Source: Vicugna vicugna (Eukaryota). Taken from it: a stretch of 64,000 nucleotides of DNA. Positions 1 to 11,290 of this stretch are shown in pieces. The stretch's first letter is position 1. Each line of letters begins with the position of its first letter. The stretch covers positions 12,980,184 to 13,044,183 of the forward strand of contig MU058844.1 of the NCBI GenBank assembly GCA_013265495.1, read 5' to 3'. A program made the position numbers and the translations under genes. A model generated the notes under the pieces. It saw nothing but the letters and a program-made list of their open reading frames with translations. It was not told where the DNA came from and ran no database searches.

Positions 1-584
1 ACTGTCATCTTGGTGCCCCTAAGTCCTCTAGTCTGTGTAGGTGCTTTCATATTTAACGTTTAAACAAAAATGGCTTGAGTACCTAACTTACATGCCATGG
101 AGAGTTCAGTGCTTTTCCCACAATTTCTGCAGACCCCAAGGGGATTGACTGTGCTCACTCTTTGCTCAGATGTTTTAGTCCTGCTATATTCTCAACCCCC
201 CTTACATTCCACTTCCTCTAGTTCTTCCCTTTCTCCATCCGTTGTCTCCTTAGAAGGGAAAAATAACACATTTTTCTCTAATTTCCTCACTGATACAATT
301 TCATGTGTAGCAAACATTTACAGAAGTTTGGAATAACTTTTGAAATAGTTTTACAATGCCAGACAGTAGAGCAAACAATTTACAATAAAGCATACCTCTT
401 CTTAAAACCCTTGGGGAAAAAAAGATGAAGTAAGTGTGGCAAAAAGTTGATAAAGTCTAAAATGAGATGGTTACGTAGGGTTAATTTTTCCATTTTTGCC
501 ATTTTTACCTATTATAAAGTTTTCATAACAAGAGTTTAAACAAATATACTAGTCATGGGGCCATGGACAATATTTTGCTGTCAG

Positions 585-945
585 AGTTAGGGTAAAGGCA
601 GAGCTGCCACGTCAAAGTCTCCAAAATACAGAGGTTAATGATATAGATGATTAGACGTTTATTTCACTCTCAGAACAGCTGACTCCTCACAGTCAGGCAG
701 ATTTCCACACACCTTCCATCATGTTTCCCTGCCTTCCCCTAGGGCCTTGTCCTTGACTGCACAGTCAAAGCTGGGCTGCAGACAAGTCTGTGTGACCATT
801 CACAGAGAAGACAAAAGAGTGGAAATGCAGGCCAATTACATTCTTGCTCAGCAAGTGAACAGAAGTCACACATGTCACTTCTACTCATGTACCAGAGTCA
901 GAGGGCCACACCTAGCCACAAGAGTGACTAGAAAACGCAGCTTCT
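585..945 (-). mobile_element. Old MaLR LTR remnant (MLT1J/K-like)
   Basis: Degenerate MLT1-type motifs (TTTATTTCACTCTCA; TGTCACTTCTACTCATG...GGGCCACACCTAGC); subfamily uncertain. Confidence 0.45.
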
Positions 946-1141
946 AACTAGGTGGCCGTAGGCACAAATAAACTCTGTTCCTCTGGAAGAAGAGAAGGTG
1001 GCTCTTGGCAGACACCTAATAGGCTCCCCGCACCATCTGTCTCCTTCTGCAGGATCCCGGGCCTCCCTCCTTGGGATGGGGCTTCTGTGTTCCCTCATCC
1101 CTCCCTCATCCCCAGCTTCCAACATCTATATGATACCCATT

Positions 1142-2340
1142 TGTTATGAGTGAGTTGTGCCCCTCCCCATTCGTATACTGAAGTTCTAACCACCAGTACC
1201 TCAGAATGTGACTGCATTTGGAGAAAGGGTCTTTTATTAAACAGCTTTATTGAGCAGTAATTAGTATACAAAAAACTGCCAAAAGTTTCCTCCTGCCCCC
1301 CTCCTTATGTGTGTGTGTGTGCACAGTAATAACACTAAATTTGAGATCTACCCTCTTAACAGATCTTTCAGTGTACAGTATTGTTAACTACAGGCACTGT
1401 GTTGTACAGCAGATCTCCAAAATGTGTTCATCTTGCATAACTGAAATTTTATACCTATCAAACAACAGCTCCCCATTTCCTCCTCCCCCCAGCCCCTGGT
1501 ACCATTCCACTTTCTGTTTCTATGAGTATGACTATTTTAGATACTTTATATAAGTGAGATCATAATGAGTTATCACCTCACACCTGTTAGGATGGCTGTT
1601 ATCAAAAACACAAAAGACAAGTGTTGGTGAGGATGTGGAGAAACTGAAACCCTTGTGTACGTTGTTGGTGGGAATGTAAAATTGTGCAGCTGTTATGGAA
1701 AACAGTATGGATGTTCCTCAAAAAAATTTAAAATAGAACTACCATACAATCCAGCAATCTCACTTCTGAGTGTATGTCCAGAAGAATTGGCATCAGGATC
1801 TCAGAGATATCTGCACTTCTATGTTCATTGTGGCATTATTCCCAATAGCCAAAATATAGAAACTATCTAAATGTCCATTGATGGATGAATAGATAAAGAA
1901 AATGTGGTATATACATACAATGGAATATTATTCTGCCTTAAAAAGTAAGGAAATTCTACAATATGCAACAACTAAGTCCAGGTTCCTATGGATGAAACTG
2001 GAAGACATCATGCTAAGTGAAATAAGTCAGTCACAGAAGGAGATCGTCTTTAAAGAGGTAATTAAGTTAAAATGAAGTCGTTAAAGTGGGCCCTAAGCCA
2101 ACATGACTGGTGTCCTTATAAGAAGAGACCGGGAGACAGACACACACAAAGGAAAGACCATGTGATGACAGAGGGAAAAAACGGCCGTCTACAAGACAGA
2201 GAGAGGCTTCAGAAAAAACCAACCCTGCTGGCACCTTGATCTTGAACTCCTAGCCTTCAGAACTATGAGAAATTTAATTTCTGTTGTTTAAGCCACCCAG
2301 TCTGTTTTCCATTGTTATGGCAGCCCTAGCAAACTAATAC
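1142..2340 (+). mobile_element. MaLR LTR (MLT1B-like), split by an L1 insertion at ~1235-2038
   Basis: Starts TGTTATG; CCAGTACCTCAGAATGTGACTGCATTTGGAG then resumes TCTTTAAAGAGGTAATTAAGTTAAAATGA...; ends GTTATGGCAGCCCTAGCAAACTAATAC. Confidence 0.9.
1235..2038 (-). mobile_element. 5'-truncated, 5'-inverted L1 (old L1MA/L1MB-like 3' region)
   Basis: 1235-~1562 is an L1 3' end on the minus strand; ~1563-2038 is the L1 ORF2-end/3'UTR on the plus strand (CACCTCACACCTGTTAGGATGGCT...CATGCTAAGTGAAATAAGTCAGTCACAGAAGG). Confidence 0.9.
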
Positions 2341-2689
2341 CATGCTTCTCTTTAATGCAGAACAGTTTTATTCTCCACTAAACTTCTGAACCCACGAAAG
2401 CCTCTCTTGGTAAACCCTTAACCTCATTAAAGCTCTCTGCTAAACAAAAGGCCATTCTCTCAGGATATCTGCCCATTGTAACATAGAGTACCCAACAAGC
2501 TGGGAAATTAGCCTTTCCTTGAGCAAGATCAAACTCTTTGGCACACCAGTCTCCTTAAGTTGGAAGGGAGCAGTATAAAAGTCTATTCTTCCTTCATAAA
2601 AAAAACATGCTACCTCATTAGAAGCTGGAAGCATCCACAGCCGGATTTTCTTTTGTTTGCCTGAAACAGCCGTTTCCCACTTCCCACCA

Positions 2690-4285
2690 CATTCGCATGC
2701 ACTCCTTCACCCATTCCTTTAACCGGAATCTGGTAAGAGCCTCCGGGCTTCAGGCCACTACGTGGAAGATGCGTGGCCTGAGTGCAGCAGACCAGCTCCA
2801 GCCGTCATGGGGCTCACATCCCAGCGGAGAGGCAGACATGAAAAGAGTAAACAGCCCAGTAAAATATAAATTGCTAGTTATGAAGGACTGTAATGAAAGC
2901 CTCAGGTACTGTGACAGAGAATAAGGCAAGCAGGTTTAAACCACTTTAGAGTTCTCTGAGGAAAAGACACAGTACAAATCCTGTAGGATGGGAAGGCGCA
3001 AACATGTCAAGTGGAAAACTAGGGGAAGAGCATTGCTGGAGGGGCTATTCAGGGGAATATATCCAGGGATGTTTTTCTTGATTAAAAAGGAATGAGGCAC
3101 CATGTCCATCTAGGCACTGGAAATAGAGCAGTGGAGGGAAAAAAGAAACTCTCTTCTTATAGAGCTTATGGTCTAGTGGGAGGAGATTTAAAAAACAAAT
3201 AAATAAGTGAATGTATAATATGACAGATGATGGTAAATGCTGTGAAGGGAAAAATAAAGCTGGATAGCAGAAAAGAGTAAAAGGGTAAAGGGAGGTTGCT
3301 CTTTGGTCTAAGGAGGAGAGAGAAAGCTTTTTCTAATGAAATAAGATTTGAAGTTTTTTTTCCTTTTTTAAAATTGAAGTATCATTGCACAATGTTGTGT
3401 TAGTTTCAGGTGTACAGCTAAGTGATTCAATCATATATATATATGAATTTTTTTCCCAAATACTTTTCCATTATAGATTATTACAAGATACTGAATATAG
3501 TTCCCTATGCTATAGAGTAGGTCCTTGTTGTTTATCTATTTTATATACAGTAGTGTGTATATGTTAATCCCAAACTTTAATTTATCCCTCACCCCCTTTT
3601 CCTCTTTGGTAACCATAAAATCGTTTTCTATGTCTATGAGTCTGCTTCTGGTTTGTAAATAAGTTCATTTGTATTTTTTTTTTTAGATTCCACATTATTA
3701 TAAGTGATCTCTTTCCACATATAAGCAACATACAAGATGTGGTGTTCCAGAGAGACTTGAAGGGAGCTATGCAGCATCTGAGGAAGAGCATTCAAAGGGC
3801 AGGGAACAGCAAGCACCAAGCCTACTCAGATACTGCAAGGAGGTCAGGGGGCTGGAGAATGGTAGGAAATGATGCCAGAAATGAGTTGATGTGCACCCAT
3901 GTCAACCAAGGTTGGGTGTCTGGATATGATCAGTTAGATGACATGAAACTGGAGCACTGGAGGGTTTGGGGCAAAAGAGGAATGCAATTTTACAAGGATC
4001 ATTCCAGCTGCTGTGTAAAAAATAGTCTGTCTGGGGGCAAGAGTGGAGGCTGGGAGGGCCATGAGGAGGGTAATAACAGTAATCCAGGGCACAGATACTG
4101 GTGGTTGGATGTGTGGCTATCGTGGAGGTGGTGAAAAGCTGTCAGGTTGCAGACACATTTTGTTGTTGAAGCCAAAAGGACTTGCCAAATGGATGCATGT
4201 AGGTGTGACATGGAGGGATCCACGATGACTTCAAGGTTTGGCCTGAGCAGCCAAAAGGATGGAGTTGCCACTTATGGAGCTGAAT
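2690..4285 (-). mobile_element. L2 fragments, interrupted by an L1 at 3355-3712
   Basis: L2 motifs: GAGCTTATGGTCTAGTGGG, GAGCATTCAAAGGGCAGGGAACAGCAAG, GATGACTTCAAGGTTTGGCCTGAGCAGCC. Confidence 0.7.
3355..3712 (-). mobile_element. Artiodactyl/camelid L1 3' end (5'-truncated)
   Basis: polyT then AATTGAAGTAT...GTTTCAGGTGTACAGC...GATACTGAATATAGTTCCCTATGCTATA...TTAGATTCCACAT; same family as 48887-49696 and 63361-64000. Confidence 0.9.
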
Positions 4286-4399
4286 GGGGCTGTGGATCTC
4301 CGTGCATTCTCCTGTGTGGAATTCAGTGCTGCTCTGCCGAGGGGTCCACATCTCTAGCACGAATTACTGCTGACAGTTGCAGGGCAGAAGAGAAAGGAA

Positions 4400-4625
4400 C
4401 CAACATTTGTTGAGGGTTTAATATTTGCCAGTCACTCTATCTGCTGCTTTATTATACATTATCTCATTTTTTCTCCACCAAAAAATCTACTAATTTCATT
4501 TTTTTATTAAAAAATAAATGAGTGGATTAATGAAACTGAGACCACGTGGGGTTAAGAAGTAGTCCCCAGGTCAACCAAGTCAAAAGTGGCAGAGCCTCTC
4601 CAAACTCAGGAAGTCTGTCTGGCTC
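4400..4625 (-). mobile_element. MIR SINE
   Basis: CATTTGTTGAG...ATTATCTCATTT...GAAACTGAGACC...GGTTAAG...GTGGCAGAGCC core. Confidence 0.7.
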
Positions 4626-4919
4626 TCAGATGTATATGCATCTTATTGTTATGGGACAGGATGCTTGAAAGGTGCTCAGAAAGACAGACAGGCCCAGGGC
4701 TCAAGAGATCATTGGGGAAAGTAGGAAAAAGTCTCAAATAAACCAGAAAATTCTTTAAAACCAGTTCTTCTCAGGTTCAGTATCTGGACTGAGCCACATT
4801 CTTTGCTTAGCTCTGCACTGCATGTTCCTCCGTTGCCACAGTCCAGCCTTTCCCTCTCCCTCCCCCTAGTCATTCTGAGACATCCACCAAGGGACAGTCC
4901 CAGCTATGGAGATGGGCAG

Positions 4920-5810
4920 CTTGGCTACAGAAATACTACTAAGTCTTTATCTCTAAACCCTTCCACACTGCTGCCATCTCTACCTAATTGTAAATCCAGT
5001 TATCAGGTTAAACTTCAAGTTTAGAACTTGTCAGCTGTAACCCAGTCCCTCTTCCGCTGTTTCCCACTTCTGGCATGGCATTACGATTTTACCCATTGAC
5101 TGGGCTGGACGCTAAGTCTCTTGTCTCGCATCCATGCAGGTCTAAGATCTACCTCCTTAATGTCTTCCACTGCCGTTCCTACAATAGAAGGTCACTGACA
5201 ACTGCTCTGCCATGCCCTTCAGGACCTCCTGCCTGGATTTTAGCAATAATCTCCTGTGTCCCATCCCATCTCAATCAGTTTCTCCTTCCATCCATCCCAT
5301 TTCTCTTTGTCAGATTGATTTTTTTCTAAAGCTCAGCTCTGATTATGTCACATTACTACTTAAAAATTGTCAGTGTTTCCCTGTTGCTGCTGAAATAAAT
5401 ATATATCCTCAAATTCCCATTCAAGCCCCACGCAATTCCATTTCTCATCCCTAATCTCCCTGTGTATCATCTTCTATGGATAACTGCAGTAAAGTGCTTC
5501 TATGCACTATTTCCATCTGACTTTTCCATCTCCATTCATTTGCTGACACCGAGATGCTTTCATCCCTCTGCCCCTGCTGCCATTAGAAACCTACAAATCA
5601 TCCAAGACTTACCTCACATCCTGTCTCCTCCATGAAGTAATTTGCTGGTGACCTCTTCCTTGAGGGTTCTCTTCTTCTCTGCCTCTTAACATAAACCTCT
5701 CTTGTGACATTTATCAAGACACTTATGGGTTGGTTTTGTTTTGGTTTTTTTTCCTCATGTAGTGGATACAAATTTACAACTCCAAATACAGATGATCAAT
5801 AAATGTCAAT
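4920..5810 (+). mobile_element. Degenerate L2
   Basis: CTGATTATGTCACATTACTACTTAAAA, CCTCCATGAAG, 3' AATAAATG; pyrimidine-rich L2 sense strand. Confidence 0.55.
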
Positions 5811-7439
5811 TCAAAAAGCATATCTGACTCCAAGTCCCAGTACCTCCATATTAGTGGAGAATTCAGTCTTCCCTAGAGATGAATGAGAAGTCAAGAAGCT
5901 TACATGGTATCCTACTGAGCCCATCATTTGGTTTCATTATCCAAGTCTTCACTATTCCTTGAATGGAACCCGCTAGCTGGGACATATCCTCTCTCCATGG
6001 TCTACTCTTCCCCTCTAAACTCTGTCCTCCTGTTTAAAGTGCTGTTGGAAGGAGGGGCAGGCTCCTGCTACCTATGGATCCTGCTGAATTCTATTTCCTT
6101 TCCTTTGAGGGAAATTTCCCCCCTTTTGGCCCTCAAAGATACTCCTTTTTTCCTGCCTCTCCTTAATAGATACCTGATATTTTCACAAGTCATAAAATCT
6201 TTACAAAGGACAGAAGGAGAGATTATCTTCCTGTATTTCCTGAAACACAAAACTCCCTGAGGCAAAGGAGCAGTCTTCTTAGTCTGGGGGAGGCTGCAAA
6301 GTCACAGAGAACAAACACAAGTTCTTATCTCAATCAGGAATCCTGCCACACTTGTCCAGGTTTTCTGGTGACAGCAACGGCCTCACTCACGTTTCTGTCC
6401 TTTGCAGCCTGTGCACTTTGCAAGTGTATCTGATAAAATAAATAGGCAAGACTCAAGAGGATTCAGGAAATGTCCATTTTTTTGTTGTGTCTTGTTTTTC
6501 CTCTATTACTGCTGTCAAACATTCTGTTGGTTCTCCTTTCTCTGCCTTTGGATAGTATCTCAGGCAGATCCCTTGGCTTCATCTGTCCTTTCAAGTATTA
6601 GAACACTCTTGTTTCAGTGATTGGGAAATCTGGCCCAATCTAATGTCAAACTTTGCTAACTGACAGCTCTGGAATGTTGCTCTACCTCAAGTCAGGTGAA
6701 GGAAGCAGCCAGAGAACCTCTCAGAGCCAAGAGTGAGGTGTCTGTCACAAAGGGGAAGGGACAGCTCACCTAGTCCCCAGCTGGATGCTCACTGACGTGG
6801 CCTGGTTCTCCTACCAGGGCAGGGAATCTATATGTGATCACAAGTTTGAGTGTGTGCCTAATGAAGACAGAGGCTGCCCTGATGGTCCCGATGGCCCCTG
6901 ATGGCAGGACAAGGAGAGTGGTCTGATTATCTAGGGTTCAATGGGAGCAAGGGGACAGGGGACAGGGGCCAAGGGAGGCAAGACCACATGATGTTTTCTA
7001 GGAGGCCAAGTGGACACTATGAAAGGAAGCTAAGTAGAAGAGCTGAGTGGGAATGACCCAAAGAGTACATTACGCACAGCAGAGAATAGAGCAGAGTGGA
7101 ATTACGGAAGTGAGCATCCATAGACATGGATCCAGTCCAGGCTTGCTGCACAGGTGGCATTGGACTTCAGCCTTCACCAGCTGAGACCCAGCAGGGTAAA
7201 GGAGCCCAGAGCCCCAAGACTGGGTGTGGTCATCACTCTAATGTTATGGCCTGCTGCTCTTCTACTGCTAGGTGCTATAGAAGTTCTGTTTCTTCCCTTC
7301 CCTTCTCCTTCCTTCTTTTTGTTTCTGTCTTCTCTCACACACACACTCAGTTTCTGTTGTTCTCATGCAAGCTGCCTCACTCAGCTGCAAGCTCGCTCAC
7401 TCTTCTCACTCTTACACCCTCACACGTGTTTTTATGCTA

Positions 7440-7738
7440 GGTTTCATTAAGAAAGGAAATTTGTGAGAAAATGTGATAGATTTTAAAAAGTATGAGCTAA
7501 GTGCAGTAAACTTGGAGAAATAGCAAAGCCTATTTTTTCAGATTCCACTTAGTGTCTTAGAGAGAAGGATGTTCCTTTCTATTAGGTTTAGGGACTCCTA
7601 TAGAGTTTCATGTCCTGCTTCAGGGGAAGTTCAGAAAATCTTTCTTGCATGTGTGGTGTCTCAGATTCCTTTAGCTTAAAAATATTTGGTATGTCAAGGT
7701 GTTGTATGTTGGAGCAGTCTATCGTGTACCCTGTCACA
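7440..7738 (-). mobile_element. ERV1-class LTR fragment (MER34/MER39/MER41-like)
   Basis: TCCTGCTTCAGGGGAAG...CCTTTAGCTTAAAAATAT...ATGTCAAGGTG...TCACA terminus, resembling the minus-strand LTR ends at 49891 and 51932. Confidence 0.65.
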
Positions 7739-8469
7739 GGGGAGAAGGAGTTTGTCTAGAGTCCTTACTTGGGCTGTGAAAGGCAAGGTGACAGTTTATG
7801 GTAATTAGAGCTTCTTTGATATGGAATTATATAGAATTTATTTGAGGGCAATTATATAAAAACAGGGCACCTAAATAAGAGGCAGTTATTCTATCAGGAA
7901 ATATAGATGCTGATGCAGGAATGCTGCTGGCAGTAATGCATGGGAGTCGGTGGTGGTGGGGACATTGCCAATCATAGGGAGTGAGTTGGAGGACAACATC
8001 ATTTAGTTTTCTATAGAAAGACCCAGATTGGGGTATGCAAATTACAAAGCTATGCAAAGAAGGATTTGAATTCTCTTTTTCCTGGCTGAAAATTTCCTGA
8101 TTCAATGCTGAGGACATAGCCCATCAGCTAGATTGTTCTATATAATAGCCAAAACCATCTGGACACAATCAGGGTATTCCTGAACCTGTGCTCTTGGAGC
8201 ACAGACAATATTCATGAGTCTTCTAATGGCCAACCTTACCTAAGGTGCAAGTGCATATAGAATTATTAGCAATGGAAAAGCATAGATTACAGTCCCCAGA
8301 AACTATTTCCTTCTGAAGGGGATTTCTGATAGCACATCAGTTTCTGATGTTGGAGGCATGGAAATATGTCTGCCATAGAGTTGTAGAATTTTTGAGTTAA
8401 TAGATAGAGGTCATTAGTTTTCACCTCTCAATCAATGAAAGATTTGCTAGAGGATGTCAATAATATTAA

Positions 8470-8790
8470 CAATAACTACTAAATAATAATGAGGTGATAG
8501 TACCTCATCTTCATGGAGTGCTTGCTCTATGCACAATGCTAATGCAAGGATTATCTCATTTAATAATGGTAATAGCTACCATTTCTTGAGCACCTTCTCT
8601 ATGCCAGGCACTTAATTCACACTCTCTCACACTCTCTCTTTCCATCTTCACATGATATCAGCAAACTTGGTAGTATTTTCATTTCACTGAGAAGGAAACT
8701 GAAGCCATTAAGTAAAGCAATTTATCTCTACGTCAACATAGTGAATGAGTGGGAGAGCCCAGGGTCGATACTGAAATATTTAACCTCAAG
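8470..8790 (-). mobile_element. MIR fragments
   Basis: ATAGCTACCATTTCTTGAGCACC...ATGCCAGGCAC...GAAGGAAACTGAAGC. Confidence 0.65.
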
Positions 8791-9699
8791 TGTGGCCAAG
8801 GTACCAGCCAGTGAGAACAGACATTGGCCCCTGGAGGTCCCCTTCTGGGGAGTTAACTCTTTAGTAATTGGACCCTGGAGGAGTAGGGCTGGGGGAAAGT
8901 TTTGGGGACAGATCTGAGACATCCAGGTTTGCTGGGAGTGAGGATGGGGCTCACTTGGGCACTCAGGGAAGGAGTTATTTACCAGCAGTATGGAAGAATT
9001 TCAGTATTTAATGTAATATTTAATAGTTAATATAATATTTAATATTAAATAAAATATTTTAGTCAACCCAGTATGGCCATCAGGATGACTGACCATCACT
9101 CCTTGGCAAAACATAAGATTTAAGCCTGTATCTGCTTGATGCCAGTGCCTCTGTGTGTGTGTGTGCATGCGCGCTGGTCCTTTTGTTGTGTATAGCTTCC
9201 CTGTATATCTTCTTAATTATTTCCACTAAGGGCTCATCACTTCAGGGAGCAACGCTGAATAACCCGACATCATCCATTATGTAAACCTGAACAGAGCTCT
9301 TTTTAATTCCCACTCCCTGGTCCTGGTGGAACCTTCTGGAGCAATACTGAACACATAGTTCCTCCTGCATATGATGCTTTTACACTTTTTCAGATTCTTT
9401 TCTTTTCAGCAAAATACATTCATATCATGAGTCAGCATGTTTGAATTTTTCTGCTTTCCTCTTATTTATTTTTATAGTAACCCTCTACACCAGACCATTC
9501 TGATCTTAGTTAGAAATAATTATTTTTACCTTTGATAAGCAAAAAAGCATCTCTGCTAGGGGAAGAGATTCTCACAGAAGTAGGGTGCCCTATCCTGGGA
9601 CTCCTAAGTCAAAAGGCCTGGTTTCAGATTTTTCCTCGTTTAATTACAGTCTGTGAGAAAAGTGTGTTAATCTCATTTCCCACATCTGTAAGATGGAGG

Positions 9700-10685
9700 A
9701 AATTTTATGTGTCAACATGACTGGGCCATGAGATACTCAGATATTTGGTCAAATGTTATTCTGAGAATTTCTGTGAGGAAGTTTAGGTGAGATTAATTAA
9801 CTTTGAATCAGTAGACTGAATAAAGCAGACTGCCCTCCCTAATATGGGCGAGCCTCGTCCAATCAGTTGAAGGCCTGAACAGAACTAAAAAGCTGACCCT
9901 CTCCTGGGTAAGAGGGAATTCTTCCTGCCTGATTTGAACTGAGACATTGAGTTTTTTTCTGCCTTCAGAGTCCAACTGAAATGTTAGCTCTTCCTAGATC
10001 TCAACCCCACTGAATTTTGAATTACAACTACAGCACAAACTCCCCAGATTGCCGACTCACCCTGCAGATTTTAAGACTGTTAAGCCTCTTGCATGAGCCA
10101 ATTCTTTACTTTATATATATATATATATCACATACATATGCACACAGCGTATCTTGTTTTATTGTGCTTCTCTGTTGTGCTTCACAGATAATGCTTTTCT
10201 TTTAAAGTGAAGGTTTGTAGCAACCCTGCATCAAGCCTTGTATCAATTGATGCCATTTTTCAAACAGCATTTAACTTGCTGTCTTTGTGTATCTCTGTCG
10301 CATGTTGGTAATTCTCACAATATTTCAAACTTTTTCGTTATTATTATACTTATTATGATGATCCATGATCAGTGAACTTTGACATTACTACTATGACTCC
10401 TGAAAGCCAGATAATGGTTAGCATTTTTTAGCAATAAAGTATTTTTATTTTAAGGTATGTACCTTGTTTTTCTAGCTATAATGCTTTAGTCCACTTAGTA
10501 GACTACAGTATAGTGTAAACATAAATTTTATATGCATTGGGAAACCAAAAAACTCATGAGACTCAATTACAGTTTTTGCTTTATTGCAGTGATCTGGACC
10601 CGAATCCACAATATCTCTGAGACATGTCTGTGTGTATATAGGTTTGATTGTTGGTTCAGTTTCTCCAGAGAACCCTAACTAATAT
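9700..10685 (+). mobile_element. ERVL LTR (MLT2-like) containing a (TA)n tract and a nested Tigger1 derivative
   Basis: AATTTTATGTGTCAACATGACTGGGCCA...AAAGCAGACTGCCCTCCCTAAT...CCAATCAGTTGAAGGCCTGAA; end GTTTCTCCAGAGAACCCTAACTAATA. Confidence 0.88.
10145..10630 (+). mobile_element. Non-autonomous Tigger1 deletion derivative (Tigger1a_Art-like)
   Basis: Tigger1 left arm (GAAGGTTTGTAGCAACCCTGCATCAAGC...TTCTCACAATATTTCAAACTTTTT) fused to right arm (TAGCAATAAAGTATTTT...AATATCTCTGAGACATGTCTG). Confidence 0.88.
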
Positions 10686-11089
10686 GAGGATAATAATAGG
10701 AATTACCTTATGAGGCTGCTGTGAGATTAAAATCTATTTATGGTTCTTAGTTTACAAAGTAAGTGCTCATTAATTGTTATTTTAAAAAAAAAGTCATGTA
10801 ATGTACACTCCTGATATTAACAAATATAATTCCCACAAAAGCCCAAAGCAAAAAATCTAAGAAAAACTCCACATATTCTCCCAAGCAGAATTCTCTAGGT
10901 CACCCTAGAGGTGATCTGGTCAACCTCACCGTGTTCAGATGAAGAAACTCAAGACCAAAAAGTGGAACATCTTGCCCTGGGACTAAAATCCTGTGTATAC
11001 TTGGCTACAGTTCACCTCCTCTCAAAATAAAATCTCACACCACCATTACTTCAACTGACAGAATTAAGTATTTCAGTTTTCCTGCTTCC

Positions 11090-11290
11090 ATTTCTGGAAT
11101 GTATACACCTACTCTGTAGCCATTGGATTGACTTTGCAATTGTTCTTTTGCATGTCCATCTTCCTGTGACATTATAGCTTAGAGGGAAGGACCAGATCTC
11201 TTCTTCTCGGTATCCCTCAGAGCCCAGCATAATTCTCTGTATGTAGTAGGTGCTCGGTAACCAAACAGAATGAGTAAGTAAATGAATGAA
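11090..11290 (+). mobile_element. L2 3' end
   Basis: TATCCCTCAGAGCCCAGCATA...GTAGGTGCTCGGTAA...GAATGAGTAAGTAAATGAATGAA tail. Confidence 0.75.

Larger units (their letters stand above)
9590..10780 (+). mobile_element. MIR split by an MLT2 insertion
   Basis: Left half CCTGGTTTCAGATT...CATCTGTAAGATGG; right half GGATAATAATAG...GTGAGATTAAA...GTAAGTGCTCATTAATTG. Confidence 0.65.
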
